From contig JBBTCT010000017.1 of assembly GCA_038060895.1 (NCBI GenBank), forward strand, positions 1 to 64,000: 64,000 nucleotides of DNA, read 5' to 3'. Shown here in pieces: positions 47,385-57,236 of the stretch; the stretch's first letter is position 1; each line of letters starts with the position of its first letter. The notes under the pieces were generated by a model that was not told the DNA's origin, ran no database searches, and worked only from the letters and a program-made list of their open reading frames with translations. Both the position numbers and the translations under genes were made by a program. Origin of the DNA: Planctomycetota bacterium. GTDB taxonomy: Bacteria > Planctomycetota > MHYJ01 > WSZJ01.

Positions 47385-48425
47385 ATGAACGAAGAGCGCC
47401 CGAAATCCGGTTCTCCGTCCGCGCGCCCGAGCGATCCGCCCGCGGCGACGCTTCGAGTCGGCATTGCGCTCGGGACCTGGCGCACGGCGGTTGTGGCCTC
47501 GAACGGGGCGCGGGAGCATTTCGGGAGCCTGGTCGGCTGGCCGAGGAGCGCCGGGGCGCGAAAGCTCCTGGGCACGGACGTCCTGATAGGCGCGGAGGCG
47601 TTTCGCTTCAGGCTTGCGGTCGACCTGGCGCGCCCGTTCGAGGGCGGGGTGGTGCCGGGGACGGAGGCCTTCGGGTCGGCCGCGGAGAGAGAAGTGCATT
47701 TACGTGCGGTGGCGGACCTGATCCGGCGTGCGGTCAGGCTGGCTCGAGTGGCGCCGGGAGAGCGGGTTGCGGGGGTTTTGGGGGTGCCCGCGCAAGCGGC
47801 GCGCTTGAGCCGGGACCTGCTGATCCAGGCCGGGTCGGAATCGATGACGGTGACGGAAGTAGTTCCGGAGGCATGGCTGGCGGGACGTGCGGCTGGAGCG
47901 CCCGCGGGAGCGATCGTGGTGGACATCGGGGCGGGCGCTACCGTGGTCTGCAAGCTGACGCCCGAACCACCGGGGGAAGGCGACCTCGTCGTGATTCCGG
48001 GAGGCGGCGACGCGATCGACCTCGACCTGCTCAAGCGGCTGCGCGAGAAGCTCCCGAACGGCGAGTTCACAGTCTCCGGGATTCGCGACCTGAAAGAGCG
48101 CTACGGCTGCCTGATCGACACGGATTCGGCGCTCGTCGGTCTTCCGGTCGCAGGGCGGACGGCCCCGGTGGACGTCGCGGAGAGCGTATCCGCGGCAAGC
48201 CGCGCGCCTCTGGCCGGCATCGTGGCGGCGGTAAAAACGCTCTGGCCGGGAGGAACAACGGCAGAATCGACGATCGTTCTGGCCGGCTGCGGTGGGCAAT
48301 TGAAGGGACTGGATTTGATGCTGGCCGAGGGTCTGAAGGCGCTGGGAGGCGGACGAGTGTTGCGAGTAGCCGATCCGGTCTTCGCGGGAGCGGAAGGGGC
48401 CCTTGCGCGGACGACGGCAAAGTGA
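47385..48425 (+). CDS. MamK-like / MreB-family actin homolog
   Basis: VGIALGT, LVGWPRS..ARKLLG..VLIGAEA...PFEGGV, VDIGAGAT, GGDAID, LKERYG, LAGCG, DPVFAGAEGAL. Confidence 0.78.
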   Translation: MNEERPKSGSPSARPSDPPAATLRVGIALGTWRTAVVASNGAREHFGSLVGWPRSAGARKLLGTDVLIGAEAFRFRLAVDLARPFEGGVVPGTEAFGSAAEREVHLRAVADLIRRAVRLARVAPGERVAGVLGVPAQAARLSRDLLIQAGSESMTVTEVVPEAWLAGRAAGAPAGAIVVDIGAGATVVCKLTPEPPGEGDLVVIPGGGDAIDLDLLKRLREKLPNGEFTVSGIRDLKERYGCLIDTDSALVGLPVAGRTAPVDVAESVSAASRAPLAGIVAAVKTLWPGGTTAESTIVLAGCGGQLKGLDLMLAEGLKALGGGRVLRVADPVFAGAEGALARTTAK

Positions 48426-48551
48426 TGCCCCTGGTCCGCATGTCCGTTCATAGCTGAACAATTCGCCAAGCCAATTGACAATGTCGCGTCCAAACCCCTT
48501 CCAGATCGCGATTCGGCGGGTCTCCTGTTTGCGCTACCATGAGACCCGCCC

Positions 48552-50321
48552 ATGCGCGCCTCCAGGCTCCTCACACCGGTCGCCCTCGTCGTCATCGCCG
48601 CCTCCCCGCTTCTCGCGGACTGGGCGACCGAGCGGAAAGCGTACCTCGAGGCCTTCCAGAGCCGGGACGCCGCCAATCGCGTGTCCGCCGTCGAAGGCCT
48701 GAAGGATGCGGATCACGCCGAAGGAGCACGCCTGCTCCTCGGACACTTCTCTGCCGAAAAGGACGACCGGGTCGTCGCCGCCCTCGGCAGGAAAATCTGC
48801 GACCTGGGGTCGCCGGAAGCGCGCGAGACCGTGAAGAAGTCCGTCCTGGGCGAATCTGACGGGCGCCGGCGCGCAAAACTGGCGCGGATGTTCGCCGAAG
48901 GCCGCGGACTGGACCGCGTCGAAATCCTGCAGAAGCTGCTCGCCGACCGCGACCCCGCCGTCCGCGAAGCCGCCGCCACCACGCTCGGAACCCCCGACGG
49001 GCTCCTCACCCGCTTCGTCGCCGCACTCGCCACCGATCCGGTTCCGGAAGTACGCAAGGCCGCCATCGGCGCCCTCGGGCGGATCGCAACGCTCGAAGCC
49101 GTGGAACCGCTGATCGTCGTCGTCGAGAACGAAACGGTTCAGGAAATCAAGGAAGCCGCCCTCGTGTCGCTTCGCCGCATCACCGACCGCAACTATGGCA
49201 TGAACCCGGAGGCGTGGCGCGTGTGGTGGAGAAAGCATCGCGCCGGTGATTTGACGGAAGTGGACCGTGCGATCTACCTGGGGGCAGAGTACCTGCGAGC
49301 GCGGCTGAAGGAAGCCATGACGCCGGCTCCGGTCCGCGACCCGAAGCGGCCGCCGATGCTTGTCGGCGATCTGCGCGCTGTGCCGGTGATGATGTATGCG
49401 CTGACTCACGCGGGGGTGGATCCTTCGGATCCCGGTTACAAGGCGGGCGTTGAGTACCTCATCAAGAAGCCGCCGGACGGGACGTACAACCTGGCGCTGA
49501 CGGCGCTGGCGCTGGCGGACCTGGACGCGGACAAGTACTGCATGCGGCTGGCCGAGCTGGCGCAGATCCTGAGCGACCAGCAGAGTTCGAACGGCCAGTG
49601 GAGCTATGGATTTCCCGGCCAGGTGACGATTTCGCCCCCGGGGAAGAAGGAGCCTCCCGCCGATGAAGAAAGCGGACCTGGCGGCGGAAAGAAAAAGGGG
49701 CCCAGGCGGAAGATCCCGATCTCGTGGCATGCGGGCCCGCGAGGGGAAGGCGGAGACAATTCGAACACTCAGTTCGCAATCCTGGGGCTGCGCGCGACGA
49801 TGGAGGCGGGGTGCGAAGTCCCGAGGCAGGTCTGGGAGCGATCGCTCGACTGGTTCTACAAAGCCCAGGAGAAGCCCTACGGCGGATGGGGGTACGTCAT
49901 CGGCGGCACGACGATGTCAATGACCTGTGGCGGCACCTGTTCGATCACCATCTGCCTTCATGCGCTCGGCAAGAACGAGGCGATTCTCGCCGGGAAGCCG
50001 CTCGAGGTTGTCCAGATCAAGAACGGTGTGGACTGGCTCGACAAGAACTGGATGGACCTGAACCCGAAGACGGCGGCGTTCGGCCACGGCGGCGGATGGG
50101 GCTTCTACTACCAGCTCTACTCTCTCGAACGCGTGGGAATGATCGTGGGCCTCGAGAAAATCGGCGAGCATGACTGGTACGCGGAGGGCCGTGACGGCCT
50201 GCTCGCCGCGCAGGGCGACAACGGCGCGTGGGGCGAGAACCCCATCGACACGGCCTTCGCGATCCTGTTCCTGAAGCGGGCGACACGCGGGTTCGAGATC
50301 AGTCCGCAGGATGAAAAGTAG
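48552..50321 (+). CDS. Secreted HEAT-repeat + prenyltransferase-fold protein
   Basis: HEAT repeats; QQSSNGQWSY, DNSNTQFAILGL, YSLERVG, HDWY, DTAFAILFL. Confidence 0.8.
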   Translation: MRASRLLTPVALVVIAASPLLADWATERKAYLEAFQSRDAANRVSAVEGLKDADHAEGARLLLGHFSAEKDDRVVAALGRKICDLGSPEARETVKKSVLGESDGRRRAKLARMFAEGRGLDRVEILQKLLADRDPAVREAAATTLGTPDGLLTRFVAALATDPVPEVRKAAIGALGRIATLEAVEPLIVVVENETVQEIKEAALVSLRRITDRNYGMNPEAWRVWWRKHRAGDLTEVDRAIYLGAEYLRARLKEAMTPAPVRDPKRPPMLVGDLRAVPVMMYALTHAGVDPSDPGYKAGVEYLIKKPPDGTYNLALTALALADLDADKYCMRLAELAQILSDQQSSNGQWSYGFPGQVTISPPGKKEPPADEESGPGGGKKKGPRRKIPISWHAGPRGEGGDNSNTQFAILGLRATMEAGCEVPRQVWERSLDWFYKAQEKPYGGWGYVIGGTTMSMTCGGTCSITICLHALGKNEAILAGKPLEVVQIKNGVDWLDKNWMDLNPKTAAFGHGGGWGFYYQLYSLERVGMIVGLEKIGEHDWYAEGRDGLLAAQGDNGAWGENPIDTAFAILFLKRATRGFEISPQDEK

Positions 50322-50327
50322 AGCGCG

Positions 50328-50567
50328 CTACTTTTTCCAGGCGTCGGGATCACCGCTTCCCTTGAACTTCGGCTTCAGCAGCCCCCAGAGCAGGATCACG
50401 CCGGCGCCCGCCATGAAGCTCCCGATGATCACGAACGCCTTCCGCATCCGGATGTTCGCAATGATGATGTTCACGTCCACCGCTTCCAGGTTGAAGCAGA
50501 TGAACAGGAGCACGAGCAGTACGATCACCGACAGCGCCGCGTAACGCAGCTTGTCCCTCATCGTCAT
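50328..50567 (-). CDS. Small LapA-like membrane protein
   Basis: Two TM helices with FICFNLEAVDVN. Confidence 0.65.
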   Translation of the reverse strand: MTMRDKLRYAALSVIVLLVLLFICFNLEAVDVNIIIANIRMRKAFVIIGSFMAGAGVILLWGLLKPKFKGSGDPDAWKK

Positions 50568-52102
50568 CAGGCTTCCTCCCCCTCAGGCTGCGGTTCTTTC
50601 TCGAGTTTCACCACGATCGTTCCCGCCACCAGGTCTCCGAGCCGCTGCGATCTCTTCGTCGAGACGACCACGACGGCGGGCAGGAGCGTCACCAGCAGCA
50701 TCAGCTCAACCCCGCGGATGAGATTGCGCACCAGGATTTTCCGAAGCCCGGCCGGCGACCCGTCGGTCCGGGTGACCACGATCCCCGCCAGCTTCTTCCC
50801 CAGCGTCTGACCCCACACCGCTTCGGCCACCGTATGGTAAGCGCAGCAGAGCACGATCGACGCGATCCACGCAAAGGTGGCCGGCGCGCCCGCTTCCACG
50901 GCCAGCAAAGCGAATCCCCACAGGAATGGGCCGGTGTCTATGGACGCCGCAAAAGCGCGCGAAGAGAGCGGCGCGATGTGGGCGAGCATGCGGACCTGCT
51001 CGACCAGCGCGTCTTTCGACACGCGGCGCTTTTCGAACAGAAGTGACACGCCGATCCCGACCATCGACAGCGCCGCGAACATCATCGACATGAACAGCGG
51101 CACGGCGCCGGGGCGGAAGCGGAAGAGAGTGGAGGCGAGGTCTTCGAACGACTGGTCCTTGTCGAGGAACGCGAGACCTGCGGCGAGCCCGGACGCGTAG
51201 GCGATCCCGGGAGGGTCGCCGTCCGCCACGGAGATGGAGTCGATCGCGGCGGTGATCGGAGGGTCCTTCTTCACCCGGACTTCGCGACGGGCTCCTGCGA
51301 CGGAAATCTCGAGAACTGAGACCGGGTTCTTCTTGAGGCGCGAAGCGGCGTACAGCGCCGGCCCTTGCTTGTTCGAGGCCGCTGACAGGTGTGCGTCCTG
51401 TGGGACCTCAACGACGGTCGTTTCGCCCCACACAAGAGTGGGAGGAACTTCCGGGAGATTCTCTCCGTTCCCGGCTGCTTTCTCGCTGAAGGGAGCTCTC
51501 ATGACGACGCCATTTTCGCGCCACCACAACCACGCACGTCGATGCTCCGCCGCGACGGTCAGGTCCGCGACGGGCACGGAGCGCTTCAATTCCGGACCCT
51601 GGATCCATTTCCCCGCAACCAGGGCGGCGCTGGCGATGGTACGTCCATCGAGCGCACCGAAGGCCCAGGCCTCGACCATGGGGGGAGCAAGCTCCTGTTC
51701 CGTGATCACGGCTCGGGTCGCCGCGAGCACGCTCCATCCCGGTGAATACGTATCCCATCGCTCATTGAAGGGCGCACCGCCGTCTTTTCCCGTCGCGTAG
51801 GTCGTGTAGGCGAGGCCGTGGAAGACGACGAGCTTCTCGCCTCCCATGGTCGCCGTTACGCGACCATTGAACGGTTCCGTCTCCTCCCAGCGGCCATCCT
51901 TGCGCCTCCAGGAAATCCGGTAGACGTCTTCCGGCTCTACGAGCACAAGCGCGACCGCGTCGCCCACCTTCTCCGCGTACACCGGACCCGCCGGCTGCCA
52001 CCCCTGCGTCACGATCAACGCGACCACCATCAACGCGCCCACGAGCAGCATCAGCGTCACCAGGCGCCGGCGTTTGATCTGGTAGACGAGCGAAAGAGTC
52101 AC
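50567..52102 (-). CDS. RDD-family membrane protein with a large extracytoplasmic domain
   Basis: RAFAASID, GQTLGK, QRLGDLVAGTIVV; GTG 52102 overlaps the upstream stop. Confidence 0.8.
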   Translation of the reverse strand: MTLSLVYQIKRRRLVTLMLLVGALMVVALIVTQGWQPAGPVYAEKVGDAVALVLVEPEDVYRISWRRKDGRWEETEPFNGRVTATMGGEKLVVFHGLAYTTYATGKDGGAPFNERWDTYSPGWSVLAATRAVITEQELAPPMVEAWAFGALDGRTIASAALVAGKWIQGPELKRSVPVADLTVAAEHRRAWLWWRENGVVMRAPFSEKAAGNGENLPEVPPTLVWGETTVVEVPQDAHLSAASNKQGPALYAASRLKKNPVSVLEISVAGARREVRVKKDPPITAAIDSISVADGDPPGIAYASGLAAGLAFLDKDQSFEDLASTLFRFRPGAVPLFMSMMFAALSMVGIGVSLLFEKRRVSKDALVEQVRMLAHIAPLSSRAFAASIDTGPFLWGFALLAVEAGAPATFAWIASIVLCCAYHTVAEAVWGQTLGKKLAGIVVTRTDGSPAGLRKILVRNLIRGVELMLLVTLLPAVVVVSTKRSQRLGDLVAGTIVVKLEKEPQPEGEEA

Positions 52103-52935
52103 TTCAGTTCCCCCTCGACCTTGCGCCGGAAGACCTGCCGCAGGAGCCCCGCCATGGCTCCAGGGCGCCCGCCGCCGAGCCGGCGCTTCCCCACCGCCAC
52201 GACGGGCAGAACTTCCACGATGGTCGAAGCGAGGAAGGCTTCCTGGGCGTCGTCCAGGACTTCGGGCCCCCAGGCGCCCTGTTCGACCGGTATTTTGCGG
52301 ACGCGGAGGATCTCGAGAAGCGCCGTGCGAGTCACGCCGGCGAGAATCCCGGTGGTGAGGGCGGGGGTGAAGACTTTGCCGCCCGTGACCCAGAAGAGGT
52401 TGGCCCGGGTCCCCTCGGCAATTTCGCCGCGCTCGTTGAGAAAGATGGCTTCGAAGTGCCCGCCGCGCTGGGCTTCGGAGCGCGCCCAGTAATTCTCGAG
52501 GTAGTTCATCGTCTTGTGCCCGGAGAGCGCGGCCTGCGTGCAGCGCCGCCACGGGGCGAGCCAGACGGAAACGCCGCGCGCGTACGCCCGGTCCGGCGGC
52601 GGGTCGAGCGGCAGCACCTGGATCGCGGCGAGGGGCGGCGGCCCGGCGGTGACCGTAAGGCGGACGCGGGCGTCGGGGCGGCCGTGAAGCGCCAGCAACT
52701 GGTCGGCTGCGCGCCGGAACCCGCGCGCGTCGAGCGGCAGTTTCACGCGAAACTGCTTCGCGCTTCGCGCCAGGCGCGCGAAATGTTCGTCCGGGCGGAA
52801 CACGCGCCCGCGGTAGGCGCGCAGGGTCTCGAAAAACCCGAAACCGTGCTGCGCGGCGAGGTCGGCGACCGGGATCCAGGGAGCCGAGGCGTTCGACCAG
52901 CCGCGCGTTGTCCAGACGAGGGGGGAAGAAGTCAT
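52099..52935 (-). CDS. pabC: Class IV aminotransferase / 4-amino-4-deoxychorismate lyase
   Basis: GFGFFETLR, HKTMNY, EGTRANLF, ILAGVTR; follows pabB. Confidence 0.75.
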   Translation of the reverse strand: MTSSPLVWTTRGWSNASAPWIPVADLAAQHGFGFFETLRAYRGRVFRPDEHFARLARSAKQFRVKLPLDARGFRRAADQLLALHGRPDARVRLTVTAGPPPLAAIQVLPLDPPPDRAYARGVSVWLAPWRRCTQAALSGHKTMNYLENYWARSEAQRGGHFEAIFLNERGEIAEGTRANLFWVTGGKVFTPALTTGILAGVTRTALLEILRVRKIPVEQGAWGPEVLDDAQEAFLASTIVEVLPVVAVGKRRLGGGRPGAMAGLLRQVFRRKVEGELK

Positions 52936-54197
52936 CTGCGACTGATCCTACCCGGACGGCGAACGGCGGACGACAGTCCCATCGCCTTCTCGATCCCCGC
53001 CGCCTTCGCACGCGTCTCGAGCTCCTCAGCTTCCGCGTCGCTTTCGGCGGTAATGCCGCTTCCCACCTGCCAGGTCGCGACCCCTCCATCGACAAGCACG
53101 GTGCGGATGGCGATCGAAAGCTCCATCGCGTCGCGCGCCAGCCACCCGATCGCGCCGGTGTAGACGCTTCGTCTCGTCGGTTCCAGTTCCTCGATGATCT
53201 CCATCGCCCGCACTTTCGGCGCGCCCGAAATCGATCCGCCGGGAAACGTCGCGCGGAGGAGATCGACATGGTCCACGCCGCGGCGCAGCTCCCCCGTCAC
53301 CGTCGCGACCCCGTGAAACACCTGCGGGTACGCTTCGATCGCCCTCGCCTCCGCCACGCGAATGCTGCCGGCCCGGCAGACGCGTCCCAGGTCGTTGCGC
53401 TCCATATCCACGATCATCGCCAGCTCCGCCTTCTCCTTTTCGCTTCGCTCCAGCTCCCGCCTGAGCCGTGCGTCCTCCGCCGCGGTCTTCCCCCTCGGCC
53501 GCGTCCCCTTGATCGGCTGCGTCTCAACCCTCCGTCCGTCCACCTTGAGAAAGCGTTCCGGCGAAGTGGAGATGACGTGGCGGCCGCCGCCCAGGTCGAG
53601 CCACGCGCCGAACGGGGCGGGCGAGGCCTCGCGGAGGCGGAAGCGGAGCTCGGGAATGTCCCCCGCGATCCGGGCGGAGAAGCGCCGGGCGAGATTGACC
53701 TGGAAGATGTCCCCCGCGTGGATGTAGCGGATGGCGCGGCGGACGGCGCGGACGTAGGAGGCCCGGGTCATGTTCGGGGGCATCGGGGTGGCGCTGAAGG
53801 GCCCGCGGGCGAGCGGGCAGGCGGGCGACTGGCGGATGCGATCGTAGACGGCGACGTGGCACTCGGGGAAGCCAAGGTCGTCCGAGGCGCGCGAAGAGAT
53901 CCGCTCGACGTGCCTTCCGAGATCGTAGGAGAGGCAGGCGATGGCCGCGGGAGTGCGGGAGTGGCGCCCTCCCGGGAGATGCTCGTCGAGGAATTGACGC
54001 AGCGCGTCAAATGGATTGCCCTTCACCGGATGCGCCCTGCCCCGGATCTCGATGCGCGCGTTCCTCCCCTCCGAAGTGAAGACCGCCCACGGATTGGCGC
54101 CGGACATGTTCCAGCGGGCGCCGCGAAATCCAGGGCCGGACTCCAGCTCGAACGGAAGCCGCCATTCCATTCCATGGCGCTTGACGGCCGGCGTCAC
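52932..54197 (-). CDS. pabB: Aminodeoxychorismate synthase component I
   Basis: GDIFQVNL, SPERF, PIKGTRPR, MIVDMERNDLG, FPGGSISGAPK; GTG start overlaps the dedA stop. Confidence 0.85.
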   Translation of the reverse strand: MTPAVKRHGMEWRLPFELESGPGFRGARWNMSGANPWAVFTSEGRNARIEIRGRAHPVKGNPFDALRQFLDEHLPGGRHSRTPAAIACLSYDLGRHVERISSRASDDLGFPECHVAVYDRIRQSPACPLARGPFSATPMPPNMTRASYVRAVRRAIRYIHAGDIFQVNLARRFSARIAGDIPELRFRLREASPAPFGAWLDLGGGRHVISTSPERFLKVDGRRVETQPIKGTRPRGKTAAEDARLRRELERSEKEKAELAMIVDMERNDLGRVCRAGSIRVAEARAIEAYPQVFHGVATVTGELRRGVDHVDLLRATFPGGSISGAPKVRAMEIIEELEPTRRSVYTGAIGWLARDAMELSIAIRTVLVDGGVATWQVGSGITAESDAEAEELETRAKAAGIEKAMGLSSAVRRPGRISRR

Positions 54198-54871
54198 GGC
54201 AGCGTCTCCCCGGGCGGCTCTTTCCCCGCCGCGGCCGCTTCCGCCGCAGCTTCCTTTCGCGCCCGCTGCACCTCGATCGCCACCGGAATGAACGACACGA
54301 TGATGATCGCCAGCGCCAGCCAGTGGATTTCGTTCACGATCCAGGGCCACTTCAGCCCCAGCAGGTACCCGGTCATCGTCATCGAGCTGACCCACCCGAT
54401 TCCGCCGAGCACGTTGTACGTCACGAACGTCCGGTACTTCATTTCCGCGGCGCCGGCGACGATGGGCGCAAATGTGCGGATGATGGGAACGAAGCGCGCC
54501 AGCACGATCGTCTTGGGACCGTGGCGCTCGTAAAATCTCTTCGCGCGGAGCAGGTGCTTCTTTTTGAAGAACCGGGAGTCTTCGCGCCTGTAGAGCATCT
54601 GGCCGGCCTTTGCGCCCGTCCAGAACCCGACGGCGTCGCCGATGATCGCCGCGGCCATGAGCGAAAGGTTGAGCCAGACGATGTCCAGGTTGCCTCGGGC
54701 GGCGAAGAGCCCCGCGGTGACGAGGAGCGAATCGCCGGGGAGAAAGAAGCCGACCATGAGTCCGGTTTCCGCGAAGACGATCACGATGAGCGCCGTGAGG
54801 CCGCCCCACTCGATGATGCGGCCCAGCCCCTCCGGTTTCAGGTACTCGAGCCAGTGGCGAAGATTGTCCAG
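54194..54871 (-). CDS. dedA: DedA-family membrane protein
   Basis: FAETGL..GFFLPGDSLL, ARFVPIIRTFAP; start extended to CTG 54871 (inferred). Confidence 0.85.
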   Translation of the reverse strand: MDNLRHWLEYLKPEGLGRIIEWGGLTALIVIVFAETGLMVGFFLPGDSLLVTAGLFAARGNLDIVWLNLSLMAAAIIGDAVGFWTGAKAGQMLYRREDSRFFKKKHLLRAKRFYERHGPKTIVLARFVPIIRTFAPIVAGAAEMKYRTFVTYNVLGGIGWVSSMTMTGYLLGLKWPWIVNEIHWLALAIIIVSFIPVAIEVQRARKEAAAEAAAAGKEPPGETLP

Positions 54872-54873
54872 GG

Positions 54874-55266
54874 CTACGAGACCATGCTGCGGATTTCCTC
54901 GGGGAGTTCCGCGGGTTTTCCATTCACGAGGCAGGCCAGCACCGTGAACCCGTCGCAGAGCAGCTTGTCCCCGCGCCAGATTTCGTAGTCGAACCGCAGC
55001 CGGACGCGACCCGCCGGGGCCGGTTTCGTCACGATCCGCAGCTCGTCGTCATACTTTGCGGCGGCGCGGAAATTTGCAGCACACTCGACGACGGCCAGCG
55101 CGAAGCCGCGATCCTCGAGGTCCCGGTACGTCGCGCCCAGCGACCGCATCGCTTCGGTGCGCCCGATCTCAAAGTACTGGAAGTAGTTCCCGTGGTAGAC
55201 GATCCCCATCCTGTCCGTCTCGGCATAGCGCACCCGGACGCTCGTCTCGTGCCGCGCGACCGTCAC
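54874..55266 (-). CDS. Acyl-CoA thioesterase (YbgC/4HBT hot-dog fold)
   Basis: RVRYAETDRMGIVYHGNYFQYFEIGR. Confidence 0.9.
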   Translation of the reverse strand: MTVARHETSVRVRYAETDRMGIVYHGNYFQYFEIGRTEAMRSLGATYRDLEDRGFALAVVECAANFRAAAKYDDELRIVTKPAPAGRVRLRFDYEIWRGDKLLCDGFTVLACLVNGKPAELPEEIRSMVS

Positions 55267-57170
55267 TTGCCCCCGCCCATCGCCTTCTCGATCCCGGTAA
55301 TCTTCTTCCGCGCCGCCGTCGTGTTCTCGAAAAACCACTTTTCTCCCAGCTTCCCCACGGCGTCCTCGAGAAGCGACTTCGCCTCCTTGAATTTGCCGTC
55401 CTTCGCGAGCGAGTCGGCCTGGGCCTCCTGCCCGAGATACCAGTTGTTCGCGGCCGTCTTCACGTCGCGGATCTTCTCGTCGGCGGGCCCCGCGTCCGGT
55501 CCCGTCGGGTCCTTCTTGATCCAGGCGTCGAGCAGCCCCACCGCCTCGCCAAAGCTCGAACTTCCCGTAAGCGCGTCTACGAGCCGCTTCAGCTCGCCAA
55601 AATTCTTCGGATCCCCGCCAGGAATCGGCGGCTTCACCCCATCCGGCGGATCCTGCGTGCCGACCTCCAGCCCGAGGCCGCGCAGTTCCTGCTGCGCTTC
55701 CGCCGCCTCCGGATACCTGTTGTAGCGAACGATGAAATTCCGGAGCTCCCCCTTCAGCCGGTCCACCTCATCTTGCGGAAGCTCCCCCTTCTTGTTCATC
55801 TCCACGCGCTGCGCGAGGCGCGCCCACGCCGCTTCCGATTCCTTCGACAGGTCCTCTTCCACCGGCGGCCCCACACGGATGTCCTCGGGCTTCCCGCCCA
55901 TTCGGACATAAGCCTCTGCTGCCTTCGATGCTTCGGGGTAGCTGGAGTAGGTGGATGCGAAGCGCTTGAGCTCCTCCCGAAGAGGCTCCTCCTCGGTACG
56001 CAACAGTTCGCCATCGTCGAATTTGCGGATGCGCGGTTTCAGCGCTTCCCAGGCCGCCGTTGCGGCCTGCGCCACCGCGGCCCCTGCGCCGTCGCGTTTT
56101 TTCTGCGCGATCGCCGCGAGCACTTTCTGCGCTTCGCTGTATTCGCGCGCACTGCTCGGGATTTTTCGGAGTTCTTCGGCGGACTGTTCCCACTTCTCTT
56201 CCCAGAAGTGCTTCTTTCCCGCCTCGAGTGTGGCCTTCCAGGAGGTGGGGCTGTCCTTGCTGCCTCCGGGGTTGTTCCCGGCCAGGATGGCGCCGCCGAC
56301 GACGAGGCCGACGATGACGATGGCGGCGCCGATCATGACGCCGGGATTTCCGCCGGAGGGGGCGGCTGCGGGAGCGGGGCGATGGGACTTCCGGTCTGCG
56401 GGGGGATGAGTCGGATGGGGAGCGCCGTGCGGGGCAACCGGAGGAGGAGGCGCTGCGGCGGGTGGATAGCCGGGGTAGGGGGAGCCCGGTTGCTGCTGTG
56501 GGTACGGAGGCTGCGGATAACCGGCGGGAGGAGGCCAGCCGCCTGGCTGTCCGAAAGGAGTCGTCGGCGGGTCAAGGTGGGGCGGCTGGAAACCCGGCTG
56601 CGCGGGGGGAGGAGCGCCGTAGGGCGGGTACGGGTACGGCGGAGGGTACGCGGGCGCCCCTGCGGTGGGAGGATAGGCAGGCGCGCCTCCCGCGGGCGGC
56701 CAAGGCGCCGGACCTCCGGGATAGCCCGCCGCAGGCGGGTAGGCCGCCGCAGCCACGTCCCCGGCATGAACGGCCGGCGGTGTCGGGGATCCGGTCGTCG
56801 GCACGCGCGGCGAGGGCCCGCCCGGCACGACCGGCGCGGGCTGCATCGCGCGCGGCAAGCCGGGAATGCGCTGGTCCGTCTCGTCGGGGGCGTCAACGAA
56901 CGTCACGACCGCGTCGCCGATTTCGATCCGGTCCCCGCTCTTGAGCACATGCTGGTTCACCGAAACGCCGTTCACGCGCGTCCCGTTCCGGCTGGCAAGG
57001 TCCACTACCTTCCAGCCGCCTGCGAACTTCTCAACCTGGCAGTGATTGCGGGACGCCTGCCGGTCGTCCACGTAGACGGCATTCTCGGTAGAACGGCCGA
57101 GTATGGTGATGTTCTGGGCGAGGGGAACGGATTCCTCGCGGCCGTGGACGCGGAGCTTGAGAACAGGCAT
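55263..57170 (-). CDS. FHA domain / Pro-rich / TM / extracytoplasmic helical protein
   Basis: LGRS, ASRNHC, DLASRNGTRVNG. Confidence 0.87.
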   Translation of the reverse strand: MPVLKLRVHGREESVPLAQNITILGRSTENAVYVDDRQASRNHCQVEKFAGGWKVVDLASRNGTRVNGVSVNQHVLKSGDRIEIGDAVVTFVDAPDETDQRIPGLPRAMQPAPVVPGGPSPRVPTTGSPTPPAVHAGDVAAAAYPPAAGYPGGPAPWPPAGGAPAYPPTAGAPAYPPPYPYPPYGAPPPAQPGFQPPHLDPPTTPFGQPGGWPPPAGYPQPPYPQQQPGSPYPGYPPAAAPPPPVAPHGAPHPTHPPADRKSHRPAPAAAPSGGNPGVMIGAAIVIVGLVVGGAILAGNNPGGSKDSPTSWKATLEAGKKHFWEEKWEQSAEELRKIPSSAREYSEAQKVLAAIAQKKRDGAGAAVAQAATAAWEALKPRIRKFDDGELLRTEEEPLREELKRFASTYSSYPEASKAAEAYVRMGGKPEDIRVGPPVEEDLSKESEAAWARLAQRVEMNKKGELPQDEVDRLKGELRNFIVRYNRYPEAAEAQQELRGLGLEVGTQDPPDGVKPPIPGGDPKNFGELKRLVDALTGSSSFGEAVGLLDAWIKKDPTGPDAGPADEKIRDVKTAANNWYLGQEAQADSLAKDGKFKEAKSLLEDAVGKLGEKWFFENTTAARKKITGIEKAMGGGK

Positions 57171-57236
57171 GGCCGGATTTTAGTCGGAGAGTGGAGAACG
57201 GGCAAGAAGCGCGGAAAATGAGCTTGACCGCCACGC

